DNA of 64,000 nt from Paramecium tetraurelia (GCA_000165425.1 CT868003.1:186001-250000), one strand, 5' to 3'; numbered from the stretch's first letter, positions 40,578-53,913 are shown. Notes: generated by a model not told the origin, from the letters alone. Program-made: numbers and translations.

Positions 40578-42020
40578 ATGAAATAATAAAACTTTATTAA
40601 ACCTTTCCCTGCTTTTAATACCTTTATAAATGTTTTAATGGCTTCTGGACCTATCTTATTGCCGATGAGCTCTGCAAAAGTGGGTTATGGTTACGCTTCC
40701 ATATCGCTTACAATTTGTTGTCTCATCAGTATAATAGCATGCGATTTCATCGTGGAGGTAGCCGAATAATCTGTATTTAGACTAGGCTCTCTATTTAGCC
40801 GATCAAATTGACAAAGAGACCGACATGATGAGTAGATTGAATATTTAGGCAACTCACACCGTTTCTGATTCGACTGAAGAAATATCGTCATCTTAGCCAT
40901 TGGAATCGAAATATGCTATATAAAGCCAATTTGAATATGGATCTATGGCAAAATTGTTTTATGGAAAATGGGCTGAATATTTCACAGTCTCCATTATTGT
41001 GATCTACTTATATGGAGCAGTTGTAGCTAAAGGAGTGATGGTTGGAAATTCCCTATCGTAATCATCTATATATTAATATTCAAAATAGTTCAGTTTTTAA
41101 AGGCATCACCCTTGTTGAAGAATATTGGTTTTGGATTGTCATATTTTTTGTACTTTGTGGAATATTGTCGTTCAAAGATGTTGCGAGCATTCAAATAGTC
41201 TAGACAATTGTTGCCATGGCTCGTTATTTAACTATCCTTGCCATGCTTGTAGGATCTATCCAATAAATGTCTTCTGCATAAGAAATCTAGGAGATGCAAT
41301 GGTTCAACATTGACGCATTGCCACAAATGATTTCAACTGCAATTTTCGCATTTTTGATGCACCATTCATCTCCTGGTATGTTAAGACCAGTCAGACCAAC
41401 TTCAGCTATCAGAAAGATCATCTTTATCAGCTTCATTTTTGGTTTGCTCACTTTTCTATTTGTATGCTTGACTGCCATTTGGGCATTTCCATTCAAAGAT
41501 CTTGCTGCAGCCAGCTTTTATAATTAACTCTTCAATCAGGGCAACTTAAAATGGGCCTATTTTATTATTAGCTTTTACATGTTTCTAAATATAGCTGCCC
41601 TCCCTGTATTGACTATCACCATAAGGAAGAATCTGATGAAATTAGTGGTTCCTCATCTAGTACCCAAAGACAGTCTTAAAATTACTTTACCAAGTGCTAT
41701 ATTCACTTTACTTATTGTTGTGCCTTGTGCATCGCTTGCCATTTGTAACTCACTTTTATTTATCCTAAGTGCTCAAAGATGAGATTGAGATTATCGTTGG
41801 TCTCACAGGAGGTGTGTGTGGAGTATTCATTTTGTTGACCATCCCAGCTGCCTTAGTTTTACAGGGTCGTAAGAAACACACTGTCAAATACGAGGATAAT
41901 CCATACATTTCCTAATTCTAACATCCTTTCTGGACTTGGGGATTGATTGTACTTGGTTGTGTGTTTGTACCATACAATCTCTACATGCAAATCAAAAAGA
42001 TCATTGATCATTATGGTTGA
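40578..42020 (+). CDS. Amino-acid transporter-like protein, TMEM104/SLC38-type (Aa_trans)
   Basis: FINVLMASGPILLP, CDFIVE, FEYGSMAKLFYG, IYLYG, IFAFLMHHSSPG, LPVLTITIRKNL; about 11 TM helices. Confidence 0.8.
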
Positions 42021-42079
42021 TCACATTATTTGTCCCCCAAAATATATATATTATTATATTGTAAATAAAATTATAATAC

Positions 42080-42956
42080 TCAATATTTTAAGGCCTAATT
42101 CAATTGATTCTAAGTTTCCTTGTAAAGTGATTCGAAGTTAACCTATTCCAGGATCAGCAACATTGCTATTCCTCTCACATTATGGGCCAAGAATCCTCCA
42201 TAACCCCAACTGAAACTCCACTCCTTCATATTAAATTTCAATTTCTCCCACAAATTCTGCTTTTTTGATGCCTCTTACTAAAACAAAATCGATTTCACCT
42301 ACAAACGACGTCTCACACTGTCAATTGGATATATCAATGCATATGATCCCAAGTATGCTAATTGTTGATTGTAAGGAGTAGTGCCATCTAACAGAGAATT
42401 CAAACCCACTATGCCATATGCAAACAACAATGTCTATAAACACCCAACTGTAAATCCTGAATACAAGCCCTTGAAAAACCCACTCTCTATTTTTATATTA
42501 AAGCGAGTCTCCTCAAATCCAACATACATTCTTTTCTATCCTGGAATCTAAATTTCAGTTGCTTATCTCACTCTTATTGTATCAAAGGGGTAGGAGAATA
42601 TAGAAGTAGTAATGCCACAAAGTGTTGCACAAAGTCCCATTGACAAAAGCTTGAAATTCAATTTATTTATATACATCTTTGTCATAAGTGGCTTGTTTGA
42701 TATTTTGATAGAAAACATATTATGCATACACTTGAGGTATCCACATGTATATTGCAGTTAAATTTGATCTGAAGAGTCCTTTCGGTCCCTCATTTGATAT
42801 CGTTTTCTTAAGAAATTAATAAAAATTAGTCATCTTCTCTTTCGAACTCAGGGTAAGAATATCCTGGGTCTATCTGATGAGTTTATATCTCTCTAATGGA
42901 GCTAACAATGTTTTTACTATGGATGTGCTCACAAAGCCTTGAATATATTCCTCCAT
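42080..42956 (-). CDS. Mitochondrial carrier (SLC25) protein, nucleotide/CoA-type
   Basis: Three signature motifs APLERYK, YPFDTIR and YPIDSVRRRLQ; EG.KGLFR and GLYSG; one 25-nt intron gives 284 codons. Confidence 0.88.
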
Positions 42957-43139
42957 AAATAAAATGTAATATTAATTATTTTATTAATTTAAGCATTTAA
43001 AACTCGTACTTAACTCATTCTGAAATTTTGCAACACAATTCAAAATTAAGACATGGGAATACTCCTACTTTTATTTCAAGAAGATAATTCTGTTTTTAAT
43101 TATTTCGATAAGAATTAATTGTCAATATATACATTAATA

Positions 43140-44852
43140 ATGCTAAAAAATAATTAACATAAAAACTTACCTTTGTAGAAATATCTAAGTAGGTTTCGTA
43201 TCTGCACTCTGATCCTCCTTTTGAATATTCTCATAATTGCAGTGATAGTCCCACTTATTTTGGGAGTTTACCAAATCAACACTAATCTAGTCTATTATTA
43301 TTTTCAGGAATCTGCAAAGATGGCATTCGTAAATCAGAATAACAGGACGTTAAATTCAATAATGACATCCCAAGTGGCTTAATTGAAGAGTATGATGAAT
43401 CGAAGTAAACTTTCTGTTTATTCTTAAGCTGAGAGAACTCTGCAGAGCTTACAAAAATTGTATCTTCTTGATTAACATTATAATTTTTCAATAAACGTAA
43501 ATCCGGAGATGTGTCATACTTAATTTGATGATGAAGACTCATTTGACTATAGATATGACGGATATTGCATAAATATATATGATATTGAATTTGAAGAATT
43601 TTAATAATTACCTGAGTAAGACTACTTTTCGAGGGATTATAATTTTGTGTCCCTTATGAATGAATGCATAATGCCGATGGATCCCACTCAAATATTTTTA
43701 CCCGATAATATTTATTTTAGCAAAGTCGAAAGAGAATTCACTGCCTGGTGGCCTCAATGGAATAGAATTAGGGATTATCATCCCTCTAAAAGGACATGGT
43801 TTATTTAACATTTGCAGAATCATGAACAACACCCTAATTAAACTTGTTTCAAATCTGATATGTATCAATTTTTTGCAGACTATCCTGTAATGGCAATAAC
43901 CACTACTTGCAGTTTGAAGGATGAAAATAATAAATTAATTGCCATTTTGGCTTCAGATCAAGAGTTACTAGATAAATATTATAAGCATCCTAGGTTAAAT
44001 GTGATGATTGTGAATGTTGATGGAATGTTAGTAATTAGTACTATGGAGAGTTAATTGATAGCAAATTCAGCAGAACTTGGATATTTTTATGAATAAAATG
44101 TAACTGGTTTCAACAATGAGGATTGGGATTAGATTGTTAAGTATGTGTAAAATCACTCTTATTAATCAAATTGTTAATATTTTCCAATTCCAGATGATTT
44201 GCTATGCCGTTATAATTCATTGTTGAAATAGGATGTGATATTCTAAGTGCAGAACTTAACAAACCCAAATTTTCTTTACATATTGTAAGAAATGGATTTT
44301 GTAAATTATTTAGATTCTTCAATTTGACTGATGAAATTTAATGGTTGGTGGATCAATAAGAAATCATACAAGAAATCAATATCTAATCGTACTACAACAT
44401 TCTATTCCTGGTATCGATAGCGTTATTAATCATAACCATCCAATTGGTATGTATATAGATAATCTTCCTTCCTCTGAACGATTTAATCAAACACTCAAGG
44501 GCTTATCTCAAATCTAACTCTCACAGACTTCTCTTTAGATAGAAGGAATTCTACTTATATAACTTTTACATTGATGGTTATGCAAGCAGTATTGATATTC
44601 TCAATTTTAGATAATATCCTATTAGGGTTAAAGTTGGCATATAAATAGATCTATCACAGAATAAGCAAGCAAAAGTTTAAGAAATGTGATTAGTGCTAGA
44701 TCATTTAGAAGTTTTAGTATCCTTCAAATCAAATAAGAACTAAATTACATTTAATTAAACAACTGGATTTTGAATACTCCATTAAATTGACAGAGAATCA
44801 GATAAGGAAACAAATAGTTCAACCATGTTTAGTGAAGTCCTTTGATTTTTGA
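43140..44852 (+). CDS. Two-TM membrane protein with extracellular dCache-type sensor domain
   Basis: TM1 (ICTLILLLNILIIAVIVPLILGVY); DYHPSKRTWF..SDMY..AITTTCSL..KLIAILASD; VMIVNVDGMLV; TM2 followed by PLNDL; two introns (~44285-44313, ~44589-44610). Confidence 0.75.
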
Positions 44853-44979
44853 AATTAGTTATATTTTGCAGAATTACTATCAGAATAGAATATACTAGAT
44901 TTAATATATGTTAGAATAATCTACAAATTCAATTAAATTCTGGAAGATTAGTGAGTCACAAGATAAAGATTAAATGAAA

Positions 44980-45741
44980 TCACTTAATATTTTTTTGGAT
45001 TTGCTTAATTTACTTGTATAGATTAGTGTAGATCTCCAAGTTCTCCTGATGTAACTAATCTATATTCTCAACGATGTTCTAAATATCTTCATTGGGATTG
45101 GCGTGTCTTAGATTGCTAGAGACAGTAGGTTAAGCCACTCTTTGTACTATTTTCTTGTCTTTCTCTGAAAGTTGAAATTTTAATGAAAATGTATCAGTTT
45201 CTTGGAATTGTAATTTGAGTGATTCCATAAACACTCTGTCCCTCATTTTCTTTTCCTCAATGCGAGTAAGAATGAAGCGGTCAGCCTCGTTCAATTCTTT
45301 GCCCAACTTACGGACTATGAGATTATCTCTGGTCATCTGGATGGCATCCATTAAACGATTGACATTACGATCACTCCACAAATCTACCACTCCCATTGAA
45401 CCATCATTGGCGGCATCCCCAAATACATCTCTCACTTTTTTAATTAAAGGTTGTAAGTAGTAATTATTCTTCTTTTCGTGAGTTCTGAATCCAAATTTAA
45501 GGAAAGTCAGTCTTTTATTCTTGGATTGCTTATTGGCCACTCCAAATGTTTGATCTCGTTTCACTTGTATGTCAGTTTTAGGAAGTTCACGCATCTATTT
45601 GTATCTCAAGAGGCCTCGTAAATGACCCAAAGCAAAACTAGACTTTACATTTTCTTTAAGAATATCAATATTAGGCAGGAGAGAAGGTTCACTCTTCTAT
45701 TTGGGTTTATGCTGTTATGAAGATCTCGATAATTATTTCAT
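44980..45741 (-). CDS. Hypothetical basic/coiled-coil protein (~253 aa)
   Basis: Single open frame MKQLSRSS...IQKNIK-TGA; the 154-aa ORF-track entry is its core. Confidence 0.7.
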
Positions 45742-45793
45742 TTTAAATATATTAGAAATGAATTTAAACATCTCTATATTGCTAGGATAATTA

Positions 45794-48132
45794 ATGTTAA
45801 GGAGCATTATCAATATCATATAAGAGGGTTAAGAGGAGTCTAAAGATGCAACCACACTGACATTAAATTCATTCGCAGCCATTTTTATTTTGATAAGCTA
45901 CTTCGTGAATTACCATCTTACAAATCAAAGACTTTTGTAATTAATGATCATTTAGATCATTATAGTATTGCAATTTGAAATTTCATTTTATGACAACCAT
46001 CAATATTTATCTTTTAGCATAATCGTATACCTAATTTCACTCTAGCAGTATCTCAATAAACAAAGGAATTGTTTTCATTATTTAAGTCACATCGTATTGA
46101 TATATGTTGTTACCAGATTCCTAACACAAAGATTTAATGATCTTGTTATATGGGAGATCATACTAGTGTTAATATGGCAGCCATTCAATCATTATTTATT
46201 ACATTTGCTGAGACGAATAAAATATCAAAAAAAGGAAGAGTTAAATTCACAGATCCAATTCCATACTCTCTCAACACCCTAAGCATAAAACACTGAGAGA
46301 CCCGAAGAGCAACCTACAAAAGGTAATCTTGCTGAAGATTTTTTTGATTGTATTCCGGAGGGATTGGTTATTCTGGATGAATTTCATAAGATCGTCAGAC
46401 ACAATTCAAAAATATTGCATTATTTGAATATAACAGACCCACTTTAGATTCCATCAGCTCTGGATGGGCTGTTTAGAATGTAAAAGTTCAATTTAATTTA
46501 GAGCTCAAAAAAATAGAAGTCCTTAAAAGGAGAAAAAGAAGCCAGTTCCCTTGAAGCAAATCAAACAAAGGATGGATATACAATCTTATTATACCAGTTC
46601 TCTTGGAACTTCGTTGAAAAAGTAGTTCTGGATGTCTGATAAAGATCAATATAATTTTAGTCTGCAAAAAGGAGATTCCATTACTTACCCTTTCCTTTAA
46701 TCCATACTCAATGAATTCAAGCAATAGAATTTGAATGAAAATATGACCATAACTTCAGAGTGTAATAGCATAGTAAAATACTAAATATCATAAGAAAACT
46801 CAGTCAAATAAAGACACCTTTAAATCAAAATTTATGATATTAAAATGACTTCATATTCAACTACTCCAGTATTTTTATTTATTGTCGAAAATATAACCAA
46901 TAAGGAACAACTCAAATTATTAACGAATAGATTTAAATTCCAATAAGCATTGTTGAACTCCTTCAGTCACGAGTTGAGAACCCCTCTAAATTGCACTTTA
47001 ACTTTATTATAAGCACTCAAAAGTAAATTGAAAAATGAAGAACTGAATGATGAATACTTGAATCCTTCAATAGTCTCAAGTCAAAGATTGCTGTACCAAA
47101 TCAATGACATCTTGGATTATGCCTAATTGGAATGCCAAGATTTTTAAATCAACATTACTGAATTTAGAGTTGGCGAAGTATTTTAGACCTTAAAAGACTT
47201 CTTTGAATAAGAGTGCAAACAAAAACAAATCGAATTGATTATTGAGAATGAAAGCTTAATATCCATTCGAAGTGACAAGGATAGAATTACTTAGGTTTTA
47301 ATCAATCTCATTAACAATTCAATTAAATTCACATCTTAAGGAGGAAGAATTGTGATCAGTTTTAAAAAGAGAGACAATATGTATTAATTCACTGTCTGGG
47401 ACAACGGTTAAGGGATATCTAGTTTAACTTTGGCCAACATCTTTGAATCCCAGAAAAATATGTATGCCAGTGTTAAATTCTTAGAAAATACTTCTAATTC
47501 AAATAAGTTGGGACTCGGATTAAAAGTGAGCAGAGGTATCGCTAGGAATCTCTGTTAAAATGGAGATCTCATTATTAAAAGTTAAAAGGGTAGTTATACA
47601 TCAATTAACTTTTATGTTGAAGATCAACTCGTTAAAGTGAATGAAGATATCACAGAATAAGAATCCATCATGAGATTTGGAAGTAAGAACACTGTTCATA
47701 AATGTGAATGTCCCTAAATACTGATTGTTGATGATGTGCCCTTTAATCATATTGCCTTGATTGCCATTTTGAGCAATTTTGGAATCAAATCAGAGAGTGC
47801 TTACGATGGAGCACAAGCAATAGAAAAAGTGAACGTTAGATTAAAAAACAAGGAATGTTGTAAATCATATCGGATCATATTTATGGATATTGAAATGCCT
47901 GGCAAAAATGGATTTTAAACTTCAGCAGAAGTAACCATAATGTGATTCATAGATAGTTGAAATTTTGAAGCAATCCAATTCCCAGTCAGTTATAGTGATG
48001 TGTTCTGCTTATACAGGAGAAGCAAATGTGGAATAAGCTCGGCAATGTGGAATGAAAGAAATAATACCTAAGCCAATAGCTCTCAATAGTCTATAACTAT
48101 TAATATCTAAGTATTTTTAATCATTATCTTGA
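45794..48132 (+). CDS. Hybrid sensor histidine kinase (TM - PAS-like - HisKA - HATPase - REC)
   Basis: DCIPEGLVILD (PAS-like), SFSHELRTPLN (H box), QVLINLINNSIKFT (N box), WDNGQGI (G1), LGLGL (G2), ILIVDD..IFMDIEMPGKNG..KP (receiver). An alternative in-frame ATG lies at 45758. Confidence 0.92.
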
Positions 48133-48170
48133 ATTTTACTAATATTTATTTTTAGTAATAAGATTATATA

Positions 48171-49563
48171 TCAAATATCTTAATTTTCATCTTAATCAGC
48201 TTGGCTAGTACTTTCTTAGTTCTTGCCTACGTCATTCGTCTCCTTTTAACTAGATCTTTCATTTATTCCACTCCCTTTGCTATTGTCATCTTGTTCCATC
48301 TAACTATTATTATTGGAAACATCCAATTCATTTGGATCTTCATATACTTCTTAATTTTCTAAATTTTCTTGATTTTCCTTATTTTCATGATTTTCTTCTT
48401 CAAAATGCTCTACATCAACTTAACCGACCTCTAAATTTTAAAGTTTCTTTTTTTATTCGGATGCAGACTGCTGTTCTTCAGTTGGCATCTCTATGTCTTC
48501 CTATATTGTTTCCTGTTTCTTTCCTCTGCTGTAGATCATAAACCGTCTTTCTCTCTAACTAATAAATCCTTAAGATGCTCTCTATTGACTATCCGTGCTA
48601 TTTGATCGTGAGTTTCTCTGACTCCTCAGCTGTCTCTATTGAGTAATCCTCTATTATTCATGCAAGGCTTGCTGTTCTAAGTGTTTGGCACTCTTTAGAT
48701 CTATTTTCAACTGCAAAGGCGGCATCAACTTCCTTGCTGGATCAAATAATTTATGTAACATATAATAAGACATTGTTTTCTTTTCTATCATTTACACCTA
48801 AATTATAGTCGAAACTCTACCTCTCTGAAAAACTCAAATATTTCTATATTGGATGCCCTTGAGTTGGAATCCAAAAGTGCTGAAAGTGAGTTAATCAATT
48901 GTCTTTGAAATTATCTCAATTCACAGTAAAGATTGCAAGCTAATTTCTTTAGAAGAAAGTCATGTGGAAAATTAGATAAAGCTGTTTTTAATTAAGGAAC
49001 AAGTGATAAACCATGATTCACCAAGTTTTCCAATTTAAAACACTCTACAACCAGACTTCTATAAAATATCACTTATACTTAGTTTAGAGGTTTGGTTTTC
49101 GAAGATGATTATTACGGTATGCCTTCATTTCCTACACATTTAGTGCTAACTTCTGAAGATATTAGAGGAACGGAATTTGTAGATTATCAAGTAACCAAAC
49201 TTCATTTGTTATCTACTTGAAAACAAAGGTTTCTGGTTTAGACGAAGGTCTACTTTACGATTTGTATTACTTATTGAAATATGCAAAATTCATCTTTGAA
49301 AATTGTTATGCAAATTCCTCACTAATGTTTAATACCTAGTGGATTGTGATTAGCATTTTCATCTTCACCGTGTAAGGTTGCAAATCCTCCTCTTAATAAA
49401 CCTTGAAAAAATCTGTAATATTTTATTCATCAGTTAGAAATGGAATTAGAATTTCCACGTCCTCCTATTTATAAACAAAGTTGTCTCTTGCTAAACTAGA
49501 TTTAGTTAAAAAGCTTTCGAACTCTGATTAACCCTGAAATAGCTTCTTGAATTTCTTTATCAT
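48171..49563 (-). CDS. ANTH/ENTH-like helical N-terminal domain plus low-complexity charged tail
   Basis: VKMKMLITIHQVL resembles the ANTH K.LI.LH.LL helix; long Q/R/E-rich disordered C-terminus. The family call is tentative. Confidence 0.5.
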
Positions 49564-49698
49564 ATTTATAATTATACAATTACCAAAAATAACATGAGTG
49601 TTTTACTTCTAATTTATATATTTATTTAAAATAACTCTCTCATACTTAATCAAGACAGACAATTATCAACAATTTAATCTTATTTCATAATTCATATA

Positions 49699-49884
49699 TC
49701 AATCTGAATCCTCTTAAATTTTATGGGAAATTAATTTTTTCTCCTCTTAAACCAACCCTGGATGTATAGTCTACAGCAATTTACAATATTCGTTAGTCTC
49801 ATCTAAAAAGTTTTCGTATTCTTTTTTGGTCATTTAACTACGAGGACACTTGCTTTTCTACTTCTTTATTTTCTTTCTTGCCAT
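49699..49884 (-). CDS. Small basic hypothetical protein (61 aa)
   Basis: MARKKIKKQKSKCPRSQMTKKEYENFLDETNEYCKLLQ...TGA, flanked by AT-rich intergenic DNA. Confidence 0.5.
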
Positions 49885-50218
49885 TTATATTAAATAATAA
49901 TATTAAGTAATCTAAGCCACTTTGAAAAGAGTCCTTTAAACAATTTATATAGGCATCTATGAACATCTTATTTGTATAATAGAAATTTTCACAATAGTTC
50001 TTAAATTTTATTACATAATCAATTGAAATTCATACTTTACTGAATTTACTAATATGAAATTGTTGTGTATTCTCATTTATCAAAATAGAACAATTATATA
50101 GAGTAACTAGAAATTTCCATATTCAGGAAAATTTAGCTATTTTTCATATTGACCAAATTTCATAATTCATAAAAAAATCAAATAAATCTTTTACTGTTAC
50201 AAAATAAATTATTATTAC

Positions 50219-52874
50219 TCATTATTTAGTTCTGAGGCAACGAATGATTTTCAAGCATGTCTCTTTCTATACTAAGATCATCAATAATATCTGAAAATAT
50301 CTTTCGTCTCTTAAATTTCATTAATTACAGATATTCATAATTTTATAAATTGAAAAAGTTAGTTTATTCTAGTATCTTTTCTATTTTTGAATTACATGAA
50401 TACAACCAATTGAACATTTGATATTGTAATTAAAATAACGGTGAGGCATAGTTATTTATATCATATATTAAATTGCTACTAAGTCGCAACCTTAAATCAT
50501 TAATTTGTGTCAAATTGTTTATTTTTAAATCTCTGTTAAGATTAAATGAGGAGCATATCATTTTTTATCTTAAAATAATTTGTAGGGCCTTACTAATTTC
50601 AAGTTTACTTTGATCTAATAGAAATTATTATAATTCCTTTAAATATTTATCTAAATATGTTATATTTTTAATACGTCTCAATTCACTTCTAAAATTTAAC
50701 AATTAATATTCATTTAAAACTAGAAGTACATCATTAGCAATCTAAGTTTTTAACTCAACCCTTTTTTATTTAAATTTAAATTTCAAAAAGTTAACTTAAT
50801 TTTTATATTTAATTCTTTCAGATACTGGTAAGGATTCATATTGTAAAATGTTTTTTAGTTTCTAAATTGTTACTTCTAAATTTCCACTTCTTAACAATTT
50901 TAAAATTTCTGGTAATTCATCTTAAAAATCGAACTCATTAATGAAATCCACATTTCTCTTGATGGCTTAGCTATGTTCATTAAGGCAGCTTGATTTTTAA
51001 AATATAGGAGCTGATTCAGCAACAGTCTCTCTAACAGAGCATTCACTACCAACCTAAAGACTATTTTCATTATAACTTTCCATTTCATCAAAATCTTCAA
51101 TATCTTCAATTTCTTCTTAATCTAAATGCTTTTAAACCATGTTCTGATGCCTCTATACCATATTTTTTTCAATTTGATTTTTCATTTGATAAACATTTCT
51201 AATATCTAAATCATAATTACTTTTCTTGCTATTCCAATAAGGATTTCTCCCTTAAAATATTTGTATAAATGTATCTCTTTTCAACTTTTCTTGTATTTTT
51301 AATAAACACTAAACTTTATGTTGCAAAATATCTAGGCAGTTTATTAAATTTGTTGATGGCAAAGAAATCAGAATTAATAGCTAATAAGAATTCGATTATT
51401 TCTAAATTTCCGATGCTCATTGCTGTATGACACAAACTTTAACCATTTTGACTGGAGTGATGATTGAAATCAAACAATTAACCTTTCTTAATATTGTGTC
51501 GTTTAATTTGATTGTATTAATATCCAAATTGAATTGCTTTGATTTACTATTTCTTTATAGCAACATCCAAAGGAGTACTACCTTCGTAATTCTCTACATT
51601 AGGTTCAGCCCCATACTAAAGAATAGTATTAGCAAACTCACTGCTATTTTCGTGTTTGTCAAAGTTCATCATTAATTAATGTAATGGAGTATTCCCATCC
51701 ATATTTCTATGCATCAACAAAACTTCCTAATATAATTATATAATTTGCAAACTTGATTATTATGAGAGGCCAGAATGAATCTCAAATTTTGGATGTCAGC
51801 TCGTTAGCTTATTTGATGAATGGCATTTACTGAAAAAGTTGCTCCAAATGATTTGAGGATGCTTACTGATCTTTTTTATTATAAATACTTAACCTTAATT
51901 TCCCATCTAAATAACACACTGTTAGAGGAGTGTTGTTATCGAAATCTGTTTTGTTGATATCTTAAGGAATTATTTAATATAATCCATGCAAAGCTCCGAT
52001 ATCATCATTTAATCCTGCCTAACAAAATAGGTTCCTTTCCTTATAATCAGTTCCAGAAAAGTTCTATTCATTAACACTTAATAATTTCACAAAGTCTAAA
52101 AAATTTAATTTATTATGTTTCAATGCATTCATTAACTTTTACTGGATCGAAGGATATTTAACGAAGTTCAATTTCAAAGGCAACGGAGGCTTGCAGTATT
52201 TGAACCAGTCAAATTCTAATTGATTCATATTTTTTATGACCCTATCAAAACTCCTAGGGAGTTAAGAGATTGGGTTCATTTAGATACACAAGACATCAAT
52301 TGAGTAGGGATATGGTTGCTCGAAATTATTGCTTGATATATTCAGTTATTTCAAACTCGCAATATGTATATTTAGACTGTGTAATTAATTGAATGACAAA
52401 TCCAATATTTCCAAGAATTTTAAAGACTCTAAGAAGTTTGGAACAAAAGTTAAAAAGTTTGAGCTCATATACAGTTTTTAGAGATTGACCATTGATCTTC
52501 TAGTAGTATAATAGATTTACTTGATATCTTCTGGAATTTAATGTAATTTACATCTTGTTAAATCAAGTAGTTTGAGGTTCAAATATTTATTAAACGATGT
52601 ATGAGTATTGTTTAATCCTTTCCCTTGAACTTCCAATTTCTCGTCTGTAAACAAATATTCTTGTATCTATAATATTTTTATATCCCCTTACTGTTTCAGC
52701 TGGTGCTTTCAAGTCAAGAGGCTAATTGATGTTTAAATTTGAAAATTGAATTTTATCTTCTAATGTCTTCTAATTCAAAAAGGCTAGGTTTATCCCCCTT
52801 TAATGCTCATCAAATTCTGATTCATTATACATGTCACTTTAAGAACTTTCTACATATTGTAAAGTTTAATTCAT
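50219..52874 (-). CDS. Leucine-rich-repeat plus ankyrin-repeat protein
   Basis: LRRs LKLLDLTRCKL, LQKLYMSSNFLTFVP, LEILDLSFNQL and LKQLNISSNNF, followed by ankyrin repeats (DINKTDFDNNTPL, GNTPLH); small introns. Confidence 0.8.
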
Positions 52875-53487
52875 TTAATATAAAAGTAACTATTTTATTA
52901 ATATAATTTCTCACAATTAATTCACTTTAACTTCTCTATTATGTCACGCATTTGGATCATCAAACATTCATAGATATTGGTTCTATTAATCACTTGTTGA
53001 ATATATATATATATTAAAAGGACTAAAAAAATAAAATTAATCTCCTCTCAGTAATAATTCACAAAATCAAAAACTTGACACTCAAGATTTGAATTGATGA
53101 TCTATTTAATAATTTTTAAAGATGATTAATGATAGATCAATTAATTTTAAATAAGAAATTTATTATTTTCAATAATAACCTTATATTTGACCTAATAATA
53201 CAAGTTTAGAAACCTGAATTATGTAAAAATTCAAAACAGAGTTATTCTTTGAATATCTCTTAAATAGTTTAATAGTGTATTAATAATACAAGACATTCAC
53301 AAGTTCCTGTAACAGAAGAATTTTAACTGTTTAATTTGAATGCTTTATTGGCTTACTGCATTTCCCCCAAATTATGGAGCCTCTTATAACTAATATACAA
53401 ATTTAGCTAATTTAATGTTAGGATTTAATTTGAAAGACTACAATTGACCTTTGTATTAGTATTAGAAAAAAAAATACAAATAATGTT

Positions 53488-53913
53488 TCAGAACAATTAT
53501 TCCATTACTCTTGAACTTATTTTTTTAAGCTTGATCATTTTGTCATGTTTGGGATATACAATAGGTAGTGGATCATTATTTAATTATGAAAAATCTATTA
53601 ATGGGAGGAAAGATTGATGATGTTGAACTTGGGTGGGCTTCCTACTATACAGCATCATTAGGCGTTGTTTATTTTAGATTTAACATCTTTTGCTTGTAAA
53701 TTTTTTAAATTCTTTGTTTTCCTTTTATTTCATTACGTCAAGCTCTAAGTACTGCATACTCATCGTTGGAGGATCAAGAGTTGACAGCCTTCGTTTAACA
53801 TCACACATTTAGGATGGCTGCGAGTTTTCAGTGTTAAGAGTTCTATGTCGAAATTATACTGTCTTCCTTTGATCATTTAATCGAGCAATGATTTCCTTAA
53901 TGTTATATTGCAT
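53488..53913 (-). CDS. Hypothetical protein (~141 aa)
   Basis: Single open frame MQYNIKEIIARLNDQRK...MEQLF-TGA with coding-like composition. Confidence 0.55.

Noticed and set aside
26211..42956. Apparent sulfur/redox cluster (GSTs, SQOR, mitochondrial carrier)
   Set aside because: The genes are separated by unrelated genes on mixed strands; no shared motif or operon-like evidence.
42080..42956. ADP/ATP translocase identity for the carrier
   Set aside because: It has RRRLQ rather than the diagnostic RRRMMM, so the substrate was left unassigned.
45794..48132. Bacterial contamination or recent HGT for the histidine kinase
   Set aside because: It uses TAA/TAG as Gln, contains a typical 22-nt intron (47931-47952) and matches the flanking base composition.
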